Assembly: GCF_036321535.1 (NCBI RefSeq)
Contig: NC_087437.1
Span: forward strand, 115,880,001-115,944,000
DNA length: 64,000 bases
Reading direction: 5' to 3'
Source of the DNA: Camelus dromedarius
Taxonomy: Eukaryota
Shown: positions 62,533 through 64,000 of the stretch, in pieces
Numbering within the stretch: position 1 is the first letter of the stretch
How the letters are laid out: each line of letters begins with the position of its first letter
Notes under the pieces: generated by a model
Seen by the model: only the letters and a program-made list of their open reading frames with translations
Databases searched by the model: none
Told to the model about the DNA's origin: nothing
Translations under genes and position numbers: made by a program

Positions 62533-63545
62533 ACCATCACTCTCAGCTGAAGACCCAGCTTCCACTTTCACCGAGAAAGCTGATGCCATCACAGGGAAAC
62601 GCCCACAGGCTACCAGGCGTCCTCCGCCCACCTGCCTGCATCCCTGCCTGTCTCCTCCGCGCCCAGTCCGGTTCCTAGCCATGCACTACCCAGGCCCCCG
62701 TCCACTGCAGCCCGCCCCGCACTGCCCTTCAGATCCCCGCCCTTCCCTTTTGCCTGCTAGCGGACACCATGGCTCGGCATTTCCCCTATTTCTTAGCATT
62801 TTCGGCTCCTTCTGGTCTGCTGTTATTACTTATCCTAAAAAGAAAATCTTTTTTTGTCCCCTTCGCTGACCCCCAGAAGATTCTACCTCCACTCTCTACT
62901 CGCTTTTACAGCAAACTCCTTAGAAGACTTACTCTTACTGCCTCTCCAATTTCTCTGCCCTCCATCTCTCTTAAACTCTCTTTGCTCAGGGGTTGCCCTC
63001 TCTCTACCTGGTGAGCTGCTTCGGTCCAGGCCCTCGATGGTTCCTGCCCAGCGTATGTCACTCCTGGCCCCCGGGTCCTCCTGTCTGCTGGACCATCCAT
63101 GGCAGGCGGCCCACCTCATCACCCGCTCCTCTTTGACACGTCCTTCACTTGGCTTCTCACTGCTGTGGTTTTTCTTTTTTCTGTTGGCTGGTTCCTCATT
63201 ATCTAGGATGCCCCGTTCTCTTCTCCATCCTCACTCTGGATTTAAATACCTGACTCTGTGCTAACGATGGCCAAATTTATTTTTTGTCTCTAGCCTGGAC
63301 CTCCCTTGAACTCCAGACCCATAGAGCTGACAGCCTTGGCTCCTACCTCCACCACCACCTCCCTCCTGGTTCAAGCACCCATCTCTGCAGCAGCCTCCTG
63401 ACTGGCCTCTCTGCATCCATCACTGTCCCTGAAAGTCTATTCTCAATGCAGTGGTCCTTTCAAAATGTAAGTTGGGTCCTAACAGTCCCCTGCTCTAAAC
63501 TCTCCTTCTCTTCCCTTTTCTCAGCAAAGCCAAAGTCACACTAAG
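62533..63545 (+). mobile_element. L2 LINE remnant
   Basis: It contains CTCTCAGCTGAAGAC...TTCACCGAGAAA and TTTAAATACC...TGTGCTAACGAT (the decayed YADD position)...TGAACTCCAGAC, with pyrimidine-rich L2 composition. Confidence 0.7.
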
Positions 63546-64000
63546 GCCCGGCAGTCCCCTTTCCATGCACCCCAAGGTCCCAGTGAGCAGGGACCACCTG
63601 GCAGTGGACGCGTGCTCCTCCCACCGCCCTCAGCTCAGTGCGGGCTCAGGGGCCCCCACGCCGCCTCAACCGCTGATTCTAGAAATAAAAGTGCAGGCTT
63701 TGTGGGGCCTCTCTGGACATGGCCACCCCCTCCAAGGTGAATCACTACTGTCTCCAATAAACAGGCATTATTTTTGTAAAGAAAACTAATCTTATTCCAA
63801 GAAGAAAGACCCTAAAAGCAAAAGCCTTCCTTCCAAGAACCAGAACCACGGCTGCCTCTCTGCACAAGCCCAGCTCTGGCAGGGAATCTCCACCTTCCCT
63901 GTGAATTCCAGATGCTGATCCCCAGCCTGTTTTCTCCTCTCCCTCTGGTCCAGGGCTTTTGTCCCTGACCTGACCTGGCGAGCCTGGGGTGTGGGGTGGG

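Noticed and set aside
62356..62869. Pro-rich and Gly/Arg-rich ORFs with repeats; superficially array-like
   Set aside because: They are translations of the 23-bp minisatellite. The repeats are contiguous with no spacers, so this is not a CRISPR array.

Overview
This is mammalian, repeat-rich, apparently non-coding (intronic or intergenic) DNA. It is most likely camelid, because three tRNA-derived SINEs resemble the camelid vic-1 family. I found no recognisable host protein-coding exon, RNA gene or CRISPR array. The dominant feature is a full-length, ~7.1 kb LINE-1 on the + strand (24132-31214). It has a 20-bp target-site duplication, a CpG-island 5'UTR with a YY1 site and degenerate ~59-bp tandem units, ORF1, a ~400-bp inter-ORF spacer, and an ORF2 disabled by 2 frameshifts and 3 stop codons. 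The rest is a layered record of transposons: a clean ERV1/MER41-like solo LTR, MER21, MLT1/MLT2, several 5'-truncated L1s (one with a twin-priming-type inversion), L2, MIR, MER20, Tigger1, microsatellites and a 23-bp minisatellite. Several unique blocks look like cis-regulatory elements. I see no convincing previously undescribed biological system; the most testable leads are the L1 inter-ORF architecture and the candidate enhancers. Family names come from my recall of consensus sequences, not a database search, and boundaries of old repeats are approximate.
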